Assembly (NCBI GenBank): GCA_020636535.1
Contig: JACJXT010000011.1
Location: forward strand, 1,202,151-1,266,150
Source: Chitinophagales bacterium
GTDB lineage: Bacteria > Bacteroidota > Bacteroidia > Chitinophagales > JADIYW01
Direction: 5' to 3'
DNA length: 64,000 nucleotides
Part shown: positions 29,561 to 39,019 of the stretch, piece after piece
Layout of the letters: each line of letters starts with the position of its first letter
Numbering within the stretch: the stretch's first letter is position 1
Position numbers and translations under genes: made by a program
The notes under the pieces: model-generated
What the model was told of the DNA's origin: nothing
Databases searched by the model: none
Seen by the model: the letters and a program-made list of their open reading frames with translations, nothing else

Positions 29561-29850
29561 CAGTTTATAATTAATATTGAGTAATAGCATTGTAAACAAA
29601 GTCTAATATCTAATAATCTTGATTCTAGAAATCTTACAACAAAAAGTCTTATTACTCACTACTATTTACCTAAATACTACAAAAAAAACTGACCGTTTAA
29701 TGATATCGGTCGGTGTCCTCACCGAAAGAAATATTATTTAACTATAGCCAAATCTATATAAAATATCATTCCTTCAAAAGAAGGAATCTATAAATTTATT
29801 CAATATTGGTTTTTTTATGTTATGACAAATTATTGAGATGCTACACCATA

Positions 29851-29867
29851 TTTCGTGTCTCACGAAA
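29851..29867 (+). repeat. copy of the cgtgtctcacg hairpin element
   Basis: tttcgtg-tct-cacgaaa with conserved flanks (ctacaccata ... caaatat). Confidence 0.75.
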
Positions 29868-30044
29868 CAAATATTATAGTACTCTTGTATTAAATAAAAT
29901 CTTAATATATTTATTTATTCGTTCTAAAATTGACCGTTCACTCAATATTTCGTCCGTTCACTCATTATTTTTGACTTTCTATATATAATCGTCTAAGTTG
30001 CAAAAGATATAAACGATTTATTATAATGAATCATTTTTAAATAA

Positions 30045-30091
30045 TAGTGAATTTTCACTATGGTATAAAACGCTTCACTTATTGAACTTTA
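30045..30091 (+). promoter_or_regulatory. island cis element P5 (in front of the giant gene)
   Basis: Perfect inverted repeat TAGTGA-ATTT-TCACTA at 30045-30060. CTTTA at 30087-30091 (same 28-nt offset). 22 nt to the ATG at 30114. Confidence 0.6.
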
Positions 30092-30113
30092 TACCAAGCA
30101 AAATTATAAAACT

Positions 30114-33100
30114 ATGAAAAACATTTTTACACTACTTTTTTTAATGGTAATGGCATATGTATTACCAAAAAATGCAAATGCACAAGCATTCATTACTACT
30201 TGGAAAACAGATAATGCAGGTTCGTCTTCTAGTACATCTATAACCATTCCAACTCTTGCTGGCGAAACATACAACTACGATGTAGACTGGAACAACGATG
30301 GTATTTTCGATGAATTTGGCTTAACAGGCGATGTTACACACGACTTTGGAGTTGCTGGTACTTACACCATTCGCATACAAGGTACTTTTCCACGCATCTA
30401 TTTCAATAACACAGGAGATAGACAAAAAATACTAAGTATAGACCAATGGGGTAATATTGCTTGGACAAGCATGCATAGTGCTTTCCATGGTTGTACCAAC
30501 CTAAATCTAACAGCCATTGATGCACCAGATTTGTCCAATGTAACTTCATTAGGTTATATGTTTAATAGTTGTACTAACTTTAATGCAAACATCAATCATT
30601 GGGATGTTAGTAACATAACAGATATGATAGCTATGTTTGATAGTGCTTATGTGTTCAATCAGCCATTAAATGATTGGAATGTAAGTAATGTTACCAATAT
30701 GGCCGAAATGTTTTATTGGGCAGTATCGTTCAATCAGCCATTAAATAATTGGGATGTAAGTAATGTTACACAAATGGCAAAAATGTTTTATAATGCAAAT
30801 AAATTTGATCAATCATTAAATAATTGGGATGTTAGTAGTGTAACGAATATGTCATATATGTTCTGTAATGCAAATAAATTTAATCAACCATTAAATAATT
30901 GGAATGTCAGTAATATAAAATATATGGCATATATGTTCGCATCTGCTTCAACTTTTAATCAACCGCTAAATAATTGGGATGTTTCTAATGTAGGCGTTAT
31001 GGAAGGGATGTTTTATTATGCTATATCATTTAATCAACCATTAAATAATTGGGATGTGTCTAATGTAATACGAATGAATAGTATGTTTTCACATGCAACA
31101 TCCTTTAATCAACCTTTATTTTTATGGAATGTAAGTAAAGTACAATATATAGACTATATGTTTTACTATGCATCTTCTTTTAACCAAAATTTAGGTAATT
31201 GGAATATTAAGAATACTATTTACAGTACTAATAAATTAAAATATATGCTATCTTACTCTGGTTTAGATTGTATCAATTATTCGGCAACTTTAATAGGTTG
31301 GAGTAACAATACTTCAACTCCAAATGGGCTACAACTTTCTGCTCAAAATCTACAATATGGTACAAATGCGCTTACTGCTAGGAATAAATTACTGGCAAAA
31401 GGTTGGACAATTATTGGAGACAGCCCAAGTGGCACAGGTTGTTCTTTACCATTCATTACTACATGGAAAACAGATAATACAGGTGTATCATCTAGTACTT
31501 CTATTACAATTCCAACCACAGGTACTGGCTACTACTATGATGTAGATTGGAACAATGATGGCATTTTTGACAATTTTGGTGTTACTGGTAGTATTACACA
31601 CAATTATGGAGTAGCAGGTAGTTATCAAGTAGCTATTAGAGGAGATTTTCCTAGAATTTACTTTAACAATACAGGTGATAAGCAAAAAATACTAAGTATA
31701 GACCAATGGGGAGATATTCAATGGTCTTCTATGGAAAATGCTTTTTATGGTTGTAGAAATTTAAACTTTTCTTTAATACCAGCACCATATCTTGGTAATG
31801 TAACCTCATTAAAAAGTATGTTTTTTGCTTGTTTTAATCTTAATGCTAATCTTAATCATTGGAATACTAGTACTATTACAGATATGTCTAACTTATTTAA
31901 TTTAGCCAATTCATTTAACCAACCATTAAACAATTGGAATGTCAGTAATGTAACCAATATGTCAAAAATGTTCGCGAGTATACCTTTGTTTAATCAACCA
32001 CTAAATGATTGGGATGTAAGTAGCGTAACAGATATGTCTAGTATGTTTAATACAGTACAAGCATTCAACCAACCATTAAATAATTGGGATGTTAGTAATG
32101 TAACAAATATGAGATATATGTTTTTTAATGAAACTTCCTTTAACCAACCATTAGATAATTGGACAGTAAGTAGTGTAACAGATATGTATGGTATGTTTAA
32201 TTCTGCATCATCATTCAACCAAAGCTTGGCTACTTGGTCATTAAATCCAATAGTAAATATGTCTATAATGCTTAATTATTCTGGCTTAGATGTTAGTAAC
32301 TATGATGCTACGCTAATCGGTTGGGAAGCTCAAGGTATTTCAAACAGAACATTAGGTGCTACAAACTTAAATTATTGTAATGCAGCATTACAAAGAAGTA
32401 ATTTAATTACTACTTATGGATGGACAATCACTGGAGATACTAAAATTTGTGGAGCATCTTTCATTACTACTTGGAAAACAGACAATGCAGGTTCGTCTTC
32501 TAGTACTTCAATAACTATTCCAACTTTTGTTGGCGAATCGTACAACTATGATGTAGACTGGAATAACGATGGTATTTTTGACGATTTTGGAGTTACTGGA
32601 GATATTACACACGACTATGGAGTGGCAGGTACTTATCAAGTAGCTATTAGAGGAGGCTTTCCAAGAATTTATTTTAATGCTACTGGCGATAGACTAAAAA
32701 TATTAAGTGTAGACCAATGGGGAGATATTACTTGGTCTTCTATGGAAAGTGCTTTCAATAGTTGTAGCAATTTAAACATTACAGCTATAGATGCACCAGA
32801 CTTAAGTGGAGCCACTTCGCTTAGAAGAATGTTTGCTGGTTGTTCTAGTCTAAATGCCAATATCAATCATTGGAATACTACTACTATTACAGATATGTCT
32901 TATCTATTTAATGGAGCCAATACATTTAATCAGCCATTAAATAATTGGAATGTTAGTAATGTAACTAATATGTATGCTATATTTTCTGGTGCAACCGCTT
33001 TTAATGGCAACATCACTTCTTGGGATGTAAGTAAAGTACAATTATTTACTTTAGCGTTTAATGCAGCTACAAACTTTAATCAAGATATTGCTGCTTGGAA

Positions 33101-36100
33101 TACCGTAGCAGCAAATTCTTTTCAAAATATGTTTAGAAATGCAATAAATTTTAATCAAAATTTAGCCAATTGGACATTAAAACCAACAGTAAATATGTTA
33201 CTAATGCTCGATAATGCTGGCTTAGATGTCAATAACTACGATGCTACACTTATTGGTTGGGAAGCTCAAGGCATTACTGGTAGAAATTTGGGTGCTTTAA
33301 ACTTAAAATATTGTGCTGCAGCACTACAAAGAAATAATTTAATTACTACTTATGGTTGGACAATTACTGGAGATAGTAGAGATTGTGGTGATCCTTTTAT
33401 TACTACTTGGAAAACAGACAATACAGGTATTTCTTCTAGTACTTCTATTACAATTCCAACTACAGGTACTGGCTACTACTACGATGTAGATTGGAACAAC
33501 GATGGTATTTTCGATGAATTTGGTATTACTGGCGATGTTACGCACGATTTTGGTGTTGCTGGTACTTATACTATTCGCATACAAGGTGCTTTTCCTAGAA
33601 TCTATTTCAACAATAGTGCTAGTTCAGATAAAGCAAAACTACTAGAAGTCAATCAATGGGGAGATGTTGTTTGGACAAGTATGAACGGTGCTTTCGCTGG
33701 CTGTACCAACTTAAGGGTTTTTGCTACAGATGCACCAGACTTATCTAGCGTTACAGATATGACTTCAATGTTTGCAAGATGTAGCTATATGAATGATAAT
33801 ATCAATCATTGGGATGTAAGCAATGTTACCAATATGACTTATTTATTCCTTTTTGCTTCACGATTTAACCAGCCATTAAATGATTGGAATGTAAGTAATG
33901 TAAATAATATGACAGGTGTTTTTCAATATGCATCAAAATTTAATCAAGACATAAGCGATTGGGAGGTAGATAATGTTATACGCTTTAGTTCTATGTTTAG
34001 GTATGCACCAGTGTTTAATCAACCACTAAATACATGGAATGTAAGTAATGGAATCTACTTTACAAATATGTTTAATGGAGCATATGCTTTTAATCAACCA
34101 TTAAGTACATGGAATATAAGCAATACAACAAGTTTAAAAGAAATGTTTTACTATGCTACTAGCTTTAATCAAAATCTAAGTAATTGGAATATAGCAGGAG
34201 TTACAGATATGACAAATATGTTATCTTATTCAGCTTTAGATGTTGCTAATTACGATGTTACACTTATTGGTTGGGAAGCACAAACAGTTCAAAATAATGT
34301 TCCTTTAGGTGCTATTAATTTAAGATATTGTGCAGCAGAGATACAAAGAAGCAATTTAATCACTACAAATACATGGACAATTACTGGAGATGCTAGAGCT
34401 TGTGGTAATCCATTTGTCACTACATGGAAAACAGACAATGCAGGTACTTCATCTAGTACTTCTATTACAATTCCAACTACAGGAACAGGTTACTACTATG
34501 ATGTAGATTGGAACAATGACGGTATTTTTGATGAATTTGGCTTAACTGGTGATGTAACTCATAATTTTGGTACAGCAGGTACTTACCAAATTGCTATCAG
34601 AGGTGATTTTCCTAGAATATATTTTAATAATGCTGGCGATAAAGATAAAATACTAAGTATAGACCAATGGGGAGACATTGAATGGACTTCAATGGAAAAT
34701 GCTTTCCATGGTTGTACTAATTTAATATCTTCAGCTATAGATGCACCAGATTTAAGCATCTGTACCATTTTAGATGGAATGTTTGCTCGTTGTACTAATT
34801 TTAATGCTAGCATTAATCATTGGAATGTAATTACTATTACTGATATGTCGGCTATGTTTTATCTAGCATATGCTTTTAATCAACCATTAGATAATTGGAA
34901 TGTAAGTAATGTAACAGATATGCATAGAATGTTTAGTGCCGCAATAGCATTTAATCAACCATTAAATAATTGGGATGTAAGTAATGTAATAGATATGTCA
35001 TATATGTTTTACAATACAGATGTTTTTAATCAATCACTAAACAATTGGAATACAAGTAGCGTAATCAATATGTCATATATGTTTTCTTATTCTAATGTTT
35101 TTGATCAGCCACTAAATAATTGGAATACTAGTAGTGTAATAGATATGTCAGAGATGTTTCATAATGCAGATGCTTTTAATCAACTATTAAATAATTGGAA
35201 TGTTAGTAGTGTTACTAATATGTCAGCTATGTTTTTTTCGGCAAACGCCTTTAATCAACCATTAAATACTTGGAATGTAAGTAGCGTAACTAATATGTCA
35301 GAGATGTTTATATACGCATCATCATTTAATCAACCATTAAATACTTGGAATGTAAGTAGCGTAACTAATATGTCATATATGTTTAATCATGCAACAGTAT
35401 TCAATCAATCATTAGCTAACTGGAATATTACAGCTGTAACAGATATGACAGATATGTTGTCTTTCTCTGGTTTAGATGTGGATAATTACGATAATACACT
35501 AATTGCTTGGGAAGCTCAAACAGTACAAAACAATGTGCCTCTCGGTGCTACATATCTTAAATATTGTGCAGCAGATGTGCAAAGAAGCAACTTAATAAGC
35601 ACTTATGGCTGGACAATTACTGGAGATAATAAAATTTGCGGTGAGCCATTCATCACTACATGGAAAACAGATAATGCAGGTGTTTCTTCTAGTACTTCTA
35701 TTACCATACCTACAACAGGCACTGGTTACAATTACGATGTAGATTGGAACAACGATGGTATTTTTGATGAATTTAATATTACTGGCAATGTTACACACGA
35801 CTTTGGCGTTGCTGGTACTTATACCATTCGCATACAAGGTGCTTTTCCTAGAATATATTTTCATGCTACTGGCGATAAAGACAAAATATTAAGCGTAAAT
35901 AAATGGGGCGATATTCAATGGTCTTCTATGGAATATGCTTTTGGGGATTGTAGCAATTTAAATGTTATCGCAACAGATGCTCCAGATTTATCTAATGTAA
36001 CTTCTCTTCATTCTATGTTTTCAAATTGCACTAATTTCGATGCTAATATTAATCATTGGGATGTTAGTAATGTAACCAATATGTCATATATGTTTTCAAG

Positions 36101-38147
36101 AGCAGATGCTTTTAATCAACCATTAAATAACTGGAATGTAAGTAGTGTAATTGATTTGTCAGGTATGTTTTATAATGCAATTGCATTTAATCAACCATTA
36201 AATAATTGGGATGTTAGTAGTGTAACAGATATGTCATATATATTTAATAATGCAACTCTATTTAATCAACCATTAAATAACTGGAATGTAAGTAATGTAA
36301 CTAATATGTCATTTATGTTTAATAACGCGAGTGAATTCAATCAATCTTTAAATACATGGAATGTAAGTAATGTAACAGAGATGATTTGGATGTTAAATTA
36401 TAGTGGCTTAGATATTCTCAATTACGATGCTACACTTATTGGCTGGGAAGCACAAACTGTACAAAATAATGTTTCATTAGGAGCTATTAATTTAAGATAT
36501 TGTGCAGCAGATATACAAAGAAATAATTTAATTACTACAAATGGTTGGATAATTAATGGCGATGGCAAAGCTTGTGGGGAGCCATTTATTACCACTTGGA
36601 AAACAGATAATGCAGGTTCATCTTCTAATACATCTATTACAATTCCAGCTTCAAGTACTGGTTTCGGATACGATGTAGACTGGAACAATGATGGTGTTTT
36701 TGATGAATTGGGTATTGGAAGCAGTATTACTCATGATTTTGGTGTGGCTGGCACATATACTATTCGTATACGAGGTAACCTCTCAATGCTTTATTTTAAT
36801 AATACGGATGATAAAGATAAAATTTTAAGTGTAGACCAATGGGGAGATATTGAGTGGACAAGTATGTATTTTGCATTTAATGGCTGTAGTAACTTAAATG
36901 TAACAGCAATAGATGCTCCAGATTTAAGTGGCGTAACTTCTTTAAGAGGTATGTTTTATAAATGTACAAGTTTAAATGCCAACATTAATCATTGGGATGT
37001 AAGTACTATTACTGATATGGCATCAATATTTTATGAAGCAACTGCATTTAACCAACCATTAAATAATTGGAATGTAAGCAATGTAACCGATATGTTAGCT
37101 ATGTTTTATAATACAAGTTCCTTTAACCAAGATTTATCTTCGTGGAATGTAAGTAAGGTAACTAGTATGGCATATATGTTTAATGGAGCTAGTAGTCAGC
37201 AATTAAGAACTGCTAATAATAACACTTTACAGAATAATTTCTCAGCTTTAAATATAAGTTCGTGGGATGTAAGTAATGTTACAAACATGTTTGCTATGTT
37301 TAGAAATGCTACGGCTTTTAATGGAAATATTAGTACTTGGAATACGAGTAGCGTAACAGATATGGCTTTAATGTTTGAAAATGCAAGTTCATTTAACCAA
37401 AATTTAGGAACTTGGGATATCTCCAATGTTGCAGATATGACCAATATGTTAGACAACACCGCATTATCTTTAGCTAACTACGATAATATATTAATAGGAT
37501 GGGAAGCACAAACAGTACAAAATAATGTTTCGCTTGGTGCTTTAAACTTAAATTATTGTGCTGGTGCTACTGCAAGACAAAATTTAATTGACAATAGCTC
37601 GTGGACAATTACCGGCGATAATTTAATGTGTGTGTTGCCAGTAGAGTTGCTTTCATTTACAGCAACAGAAAATAATAATGAAGTAATACTAAATTGGGAA
37701 ACTGCTACAGAAATCAACAATAAAGGTTTTGAAATTGAGTACAGTACAGATGCTATTAATTGGATTACTATAGGTTTTGTAGAAGGACAAGGCAACGCTT
37801 CATTTAATACTTCTTATGATTTTACACATCAAACACCAGAAAATGGCAACAACTACTATCGCTTAAAACAAATAGATTTAGATGAAACATTTACTTATTC
37901 TGATATAGCAATAGTTAATATAGAAAACAATCATCATGTGGAGGAATTTAGTATTTATCCAAATCCAGTAATCAATATTTTAAATATTAAAGGAAAAGAT
38001 AATTTTAATGCTACTATTATAAATGAAATTGGACAAATAATTAAGCAGTTTGCTAACATAAAACAAATAGATGTAAGCAATTTTGCCAAAGGCATGTATA
38101 TTATTCAGTTTGATGATGCTAGTACAATTAAGTTTATTAAAAATTAA
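30114..38147 (+). CDS. giant (2677 aa) T9SS-secreted BspA-family / DUF285-type repeat surface protein
   Basis: Signal peptide. Seven modules, each made of three parts: an N-terminal (A/P)F(I/V)TTWKTDN...YDVDWNNDGIFDEF...FPRIYF domain; a variable number of ~23-aa FNQPLNNWDVSNVTNMxxMF repeats (the DUF285/BspA LRR-like pattern); and a YDATLIGWEAQ...WTITGD cap. A VLPVELLSF...YYRLKQIDLD domain and a type A T9SS CTD follow (FSIYPNPVINILNI...GMYIIQFDDASTIKFIKN). Confidence 0.85.
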   Translation: MKNIFTLLFLMVMAYVLPKNANAQAFITTWKTDNAGSSSSTSITIPTLAGETYNYDVDWNNDGIFDEFGLTGDVTHDFGVAGTYTIRIQGTFPRIYFNNTGDRQKILSIDQWGNIAWTSMHSAFHGCTNLNLTAIDAPDLSNVTSLGYMFNSCTNFNANINHWDVSNITDMIAMFDSAYVFNQPLNDWNVSNVTNMAEMFYWAVSFNQPLNNWDVSNVTQMAKMFYNANKFDQSLNNWDVSSVTNMSYMFCNANKFNQPLNNWNVSNIKYMAYMFASASTFNQPLNNWDVSNVGVMEGMFYYAISFNQPLNNWDVSNVIRMNSMFSHATSFNQPLFLWNVSKVQYIDYMFYYASSFNQNLGNWNIKNTIYSTNKLKYMLSYSGLDCINYSATLIGWSNNTSTPNGLQLSAQNLQYGTNALTARNKLLAKGWTIIGDSPSGTGCSLPFITTWKTDNTGVSSSTSITIPTTGTGYYYDVDWNNDGIFDNFGVTGSITHNYGVAGSYQVAIRGDFPRIYFNNTGDKQKILSIDQWGDIQWSSMENAFYGCRNLNFSLIPAPYLGNVTSLKSMFFACFNLNANLNHWNTSTITDMSNLFNLANSFNQPLNNWNVSNVTNMSKMFASIPLFNQPLNDWDVSSVTDMSSMFNTVQAFNQPLNNWDVSNVTNMRYMFFNETSFNQPLDNWTVSSVTDMYGMFNSASSFNQSLATWSLNPIVNMSIMLNYSGLDVSNYDATLIGWEAQGISNRTLGATNLNYCNAALQRSNLITTYGWTITGDTKICGASFITTWKTDNAGSSSSTSITIPTFVGESYNYDVDWNNDGIFDDFGVTGDITHDYGVAGTYQVAIRGGFPRIYFNATGDRLKILSVDQWGDITWSSMESAFNSCSNLNITAIDAPDLSGATSLRRMFAGCSSLNANINHWNTTTITDMSYLFNGANTFNQPLNNWNVSNVTNMYAIFSGATAFNGNITSWDVSKVQLFTLAFNAATNFNQDIAAWNTVAANSFQNMFRNAINFNQNLANWTLKPTVNMLLMLDNAGLDVNNYDATLIGWEAQGITGRNLGALNLKYCAAALQRNNLITTYGWTITGDSRDCGDPFITTWKTDNTGISSSTSITIPTTGTGYYYDVDWNNDGIFDEFGITGDVTHDFGVAGTYTIRIQGAFPRIYFNNSASSDKAKLLEVNQWGDVVWTSMNGAFAGCTNLRVFATDAPDLSSVTDMTSMFARCSYMNDNINHWDVSNVTNMTYLFLFASRFNQPLNDWNVSNVNNMTGVFQYASKFNQDISDWEVDNVIRFSSMFRYAPVFNQPLNTWNVSNGIYFTNMFNGAYAFNQPLSTWNISNTTSLKEMFYYATSFNQNLSNWNIAGVTDMTNMLSYSALDVANYDVTLIGWEAQTVQNNVPLGAINLRYCAAEIQRSNLITTNTWTITGDARACGNPFVTTWKTDNAGTSSSTSITIPTTGTGYYYDVDWNNDGIFDEFGLTGDVTHNFGTAGTYQIAIRGDFPRIYFNNAGDKDKILSIDQWGDIEWTSMENAFHGCTNLISSAIDAPDLSICTILDGMFARCTNFNASINHWNVITITDMSAMFYLAYAFNQPLDNWNVSNVTDMHRMFSAAIAFNQPLNNWDVSNVIDMSYMFYNTDVFNQSLNNWNTSSVINMSYMFSYSNVFDQPLNNWNTSSVIDMSEMFHNADAFNQLLNNWNVSSVTNMSAMFFSANAFNQPLNTWNVSSVTNMSEMFIYASSFNQPLNTWNVSSVTNMSYMFNHATVFNQSLANWNITAVTDMTDMLSFSGLDVDNYDNTLIAWEAQTVQNNVPLGATYLKYCAADVQRSNLISTYGWTITGDNKICGEPFITTWKTDNAGVSSSTSITIPTTGTGYNYDVDWNNDGIFDEFNITGNVTHDFGVAGTYTIRIQGAFPRIYFHATGDKDKILSVNKWGDIQWSSMEYAFGDCSNLNVIATDAPDLSNVTSLHSMFSNCTNFDANINHWDVSNVTNMSYMFSRADAFNQPLNNWNVSSVIDLSGMFYNAIAFNQPLNNWDVSSVTDMSYIFNNATLFNQPLNNWNVSNVTNMSFMFNNASEFNQSLNTWNVSNVTEMIWMLNYSGLDILNYDATLIGWEAQTVQNNVSLGAINLRYCAADIQRNNLITTNGWIINGDGKACGEPFITTWKTDNAGSSSNTSITIPASSTGFGYDVDWNNDGVFDELGIGSSITHDFGVAGTYTIRIRGNLSMLYFNNTDDKDKILSVDQWGDIEWTSMYFAFNGCSNLNVTAIDAPDLSGVTSLRGMFYKCTSLNANINHWDVSTITDMASIFYEATAFNQPLNNWNVSNVTDMLAMFYNTSSFNQDLSSWNVSKVTSMAYMFNGASSQQLRTANNNTLQNNFSALNISSWDVSNVTNMFAMFRNATAFNGNISTWNTSSVTDMALMFENASSFNQNLGTWDISNVADMTNMLDNTALSLANYDNILIGWEAQTVQNNVSLGALNLNYCAGATARQNLIDNSSWTITGDNLMCVLPVELLSFTATENNNEVILNWETATEINNKGFEIEYSTDAINWITIGFVEGQGNASFNTSYDFTHQTPENGNNYYRLKQIDLDETFTYSDIAIVNIENNHHVEEFSIYPNPVINILNIKGKDNFNATIINEIGQIIKQFANIKQIDVSNFAKGMYIIQFDDASTIKFIKN
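30189..37632 (+). repeat. seven tandem coding modules within the giant gene
   Basis: Module starts (the TTWKTDN-encoding ttcattactacttggaaaaca and variants) at 30189, 31449, 32459, 33393, 34410, 35646 and 36582. Module lengths are about 934-1260 nt. Confidence 0.85.
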
Positions 38148-38152
38148 TAACA

Positions 38153-39019
38153 ATGAATAAAAAGTATTTAATAATAGCATTGTTTTTATTTCTTTTTGCT
38201 ACTTTAAAAAGTCAAGAATTACCACAAATAAAATCAATTACAGTTTTGGCAGATAAAGCAATGTATCATACTCAAGGTTTTCAAGTGCAAATAATTTTTA
38301 CTAAGTCATTAAGCACTTATATAACTGAATTCAATAATGCACCATTGCAAATAGAAGTATATCCAAAATATAGAAAAAAGAAAAATAAATTTGTGAGAAT
38401 TGAAAATCCTAAATGGTTTGATGATTTACGAAACTCATTTAGTATCAGTAGAATTACTTCTGATACAGCAGTAATAGATTTCTCTTATATTAATTTTACA
38501 CAATTTTCAAATAAAAATATAGACCTTCTATTTGATGTTGAACTCAAACAGTCTGATTATAAAAATCCATTAAATAATAAGTATTTTGTGTTAGATGCTA
38601 GTAATCAAATTGTAAACAGTGTGGCAATTCCAAAATTATATAATTTAAATTTATTAGTTAATGAATATAATGTTTCAAAAATTAATACCGATGTAAAAAT
38701 TTTGGGTTATGGCAACAAAAAACCAGATTCCTATTTTATTATAAAATATCCTGCATTTCAAGAATTTAAATCAAAGGTTTTTAAAAATACACTTCAAGTA
38801 GAAAATACTGAATCTAGTAATGGTACACTTACATCAAACGATTCAATAAAAATTCTATTTTATGATAGAGATAAAATAACATTTGATGATTTTTTAGATA
38901 AATATGAGTTTTCTATAAATGAATTGCTGTTAAATAAATCTTCAGTTATAAATGTTAACTTAGATGCTATTAATAACTTGGAGATAACATACACTATAAA
39001 AGAAGCAACAAAAAAGTAA
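38153..39019 (+). CDS. secreted hypothetical protein
   Basis: Signal peptide (...ATLKSQE). Starts 5 nt after the giant gene's stop. Confidence 0.5.
   Translation: MNKKYLIIALFLFLFATLKSQELPQIKSITVLADKAMYHTQGFQVQIIFTKSLSTYITEFNNAPLQIEVYPKYRKKKNKFVRIENPKWFDDLRNSFSISRITSDTAVIDFSYINFTQFSNKNIDLLFDVELKQSDYKNPLNNKYFVLDASNQIVNSVAIPKLYNLNLLVNEYNVSKINTDVKILGYGNKKPDSYFIIKYPAFQEFKSKVFKNTLQVENTESSNGTLTSNDSIKILFYDRDKITFDDFLDKYEFSINELLLNKSSVINVNLDAINNLEITYTIKEATKK

Noticed and set aside
29806-29988. 60-aa ORF in the long intergenic region
   Set aside because: It spans a hairpin-element copy, has no plausible start context, its composition is that of AT-rich non-coding DNA, and it sits at the minimum length of the ORF track.
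31324-37795. About a dozen 65-90-aa alternative-frame and antisense ORFs inside the giant gene
   Set aside because: They recur only because the underlying modules repeat. The translations are low complexity, and the sense frame is continuous for 2677 codons with clear domain structure.
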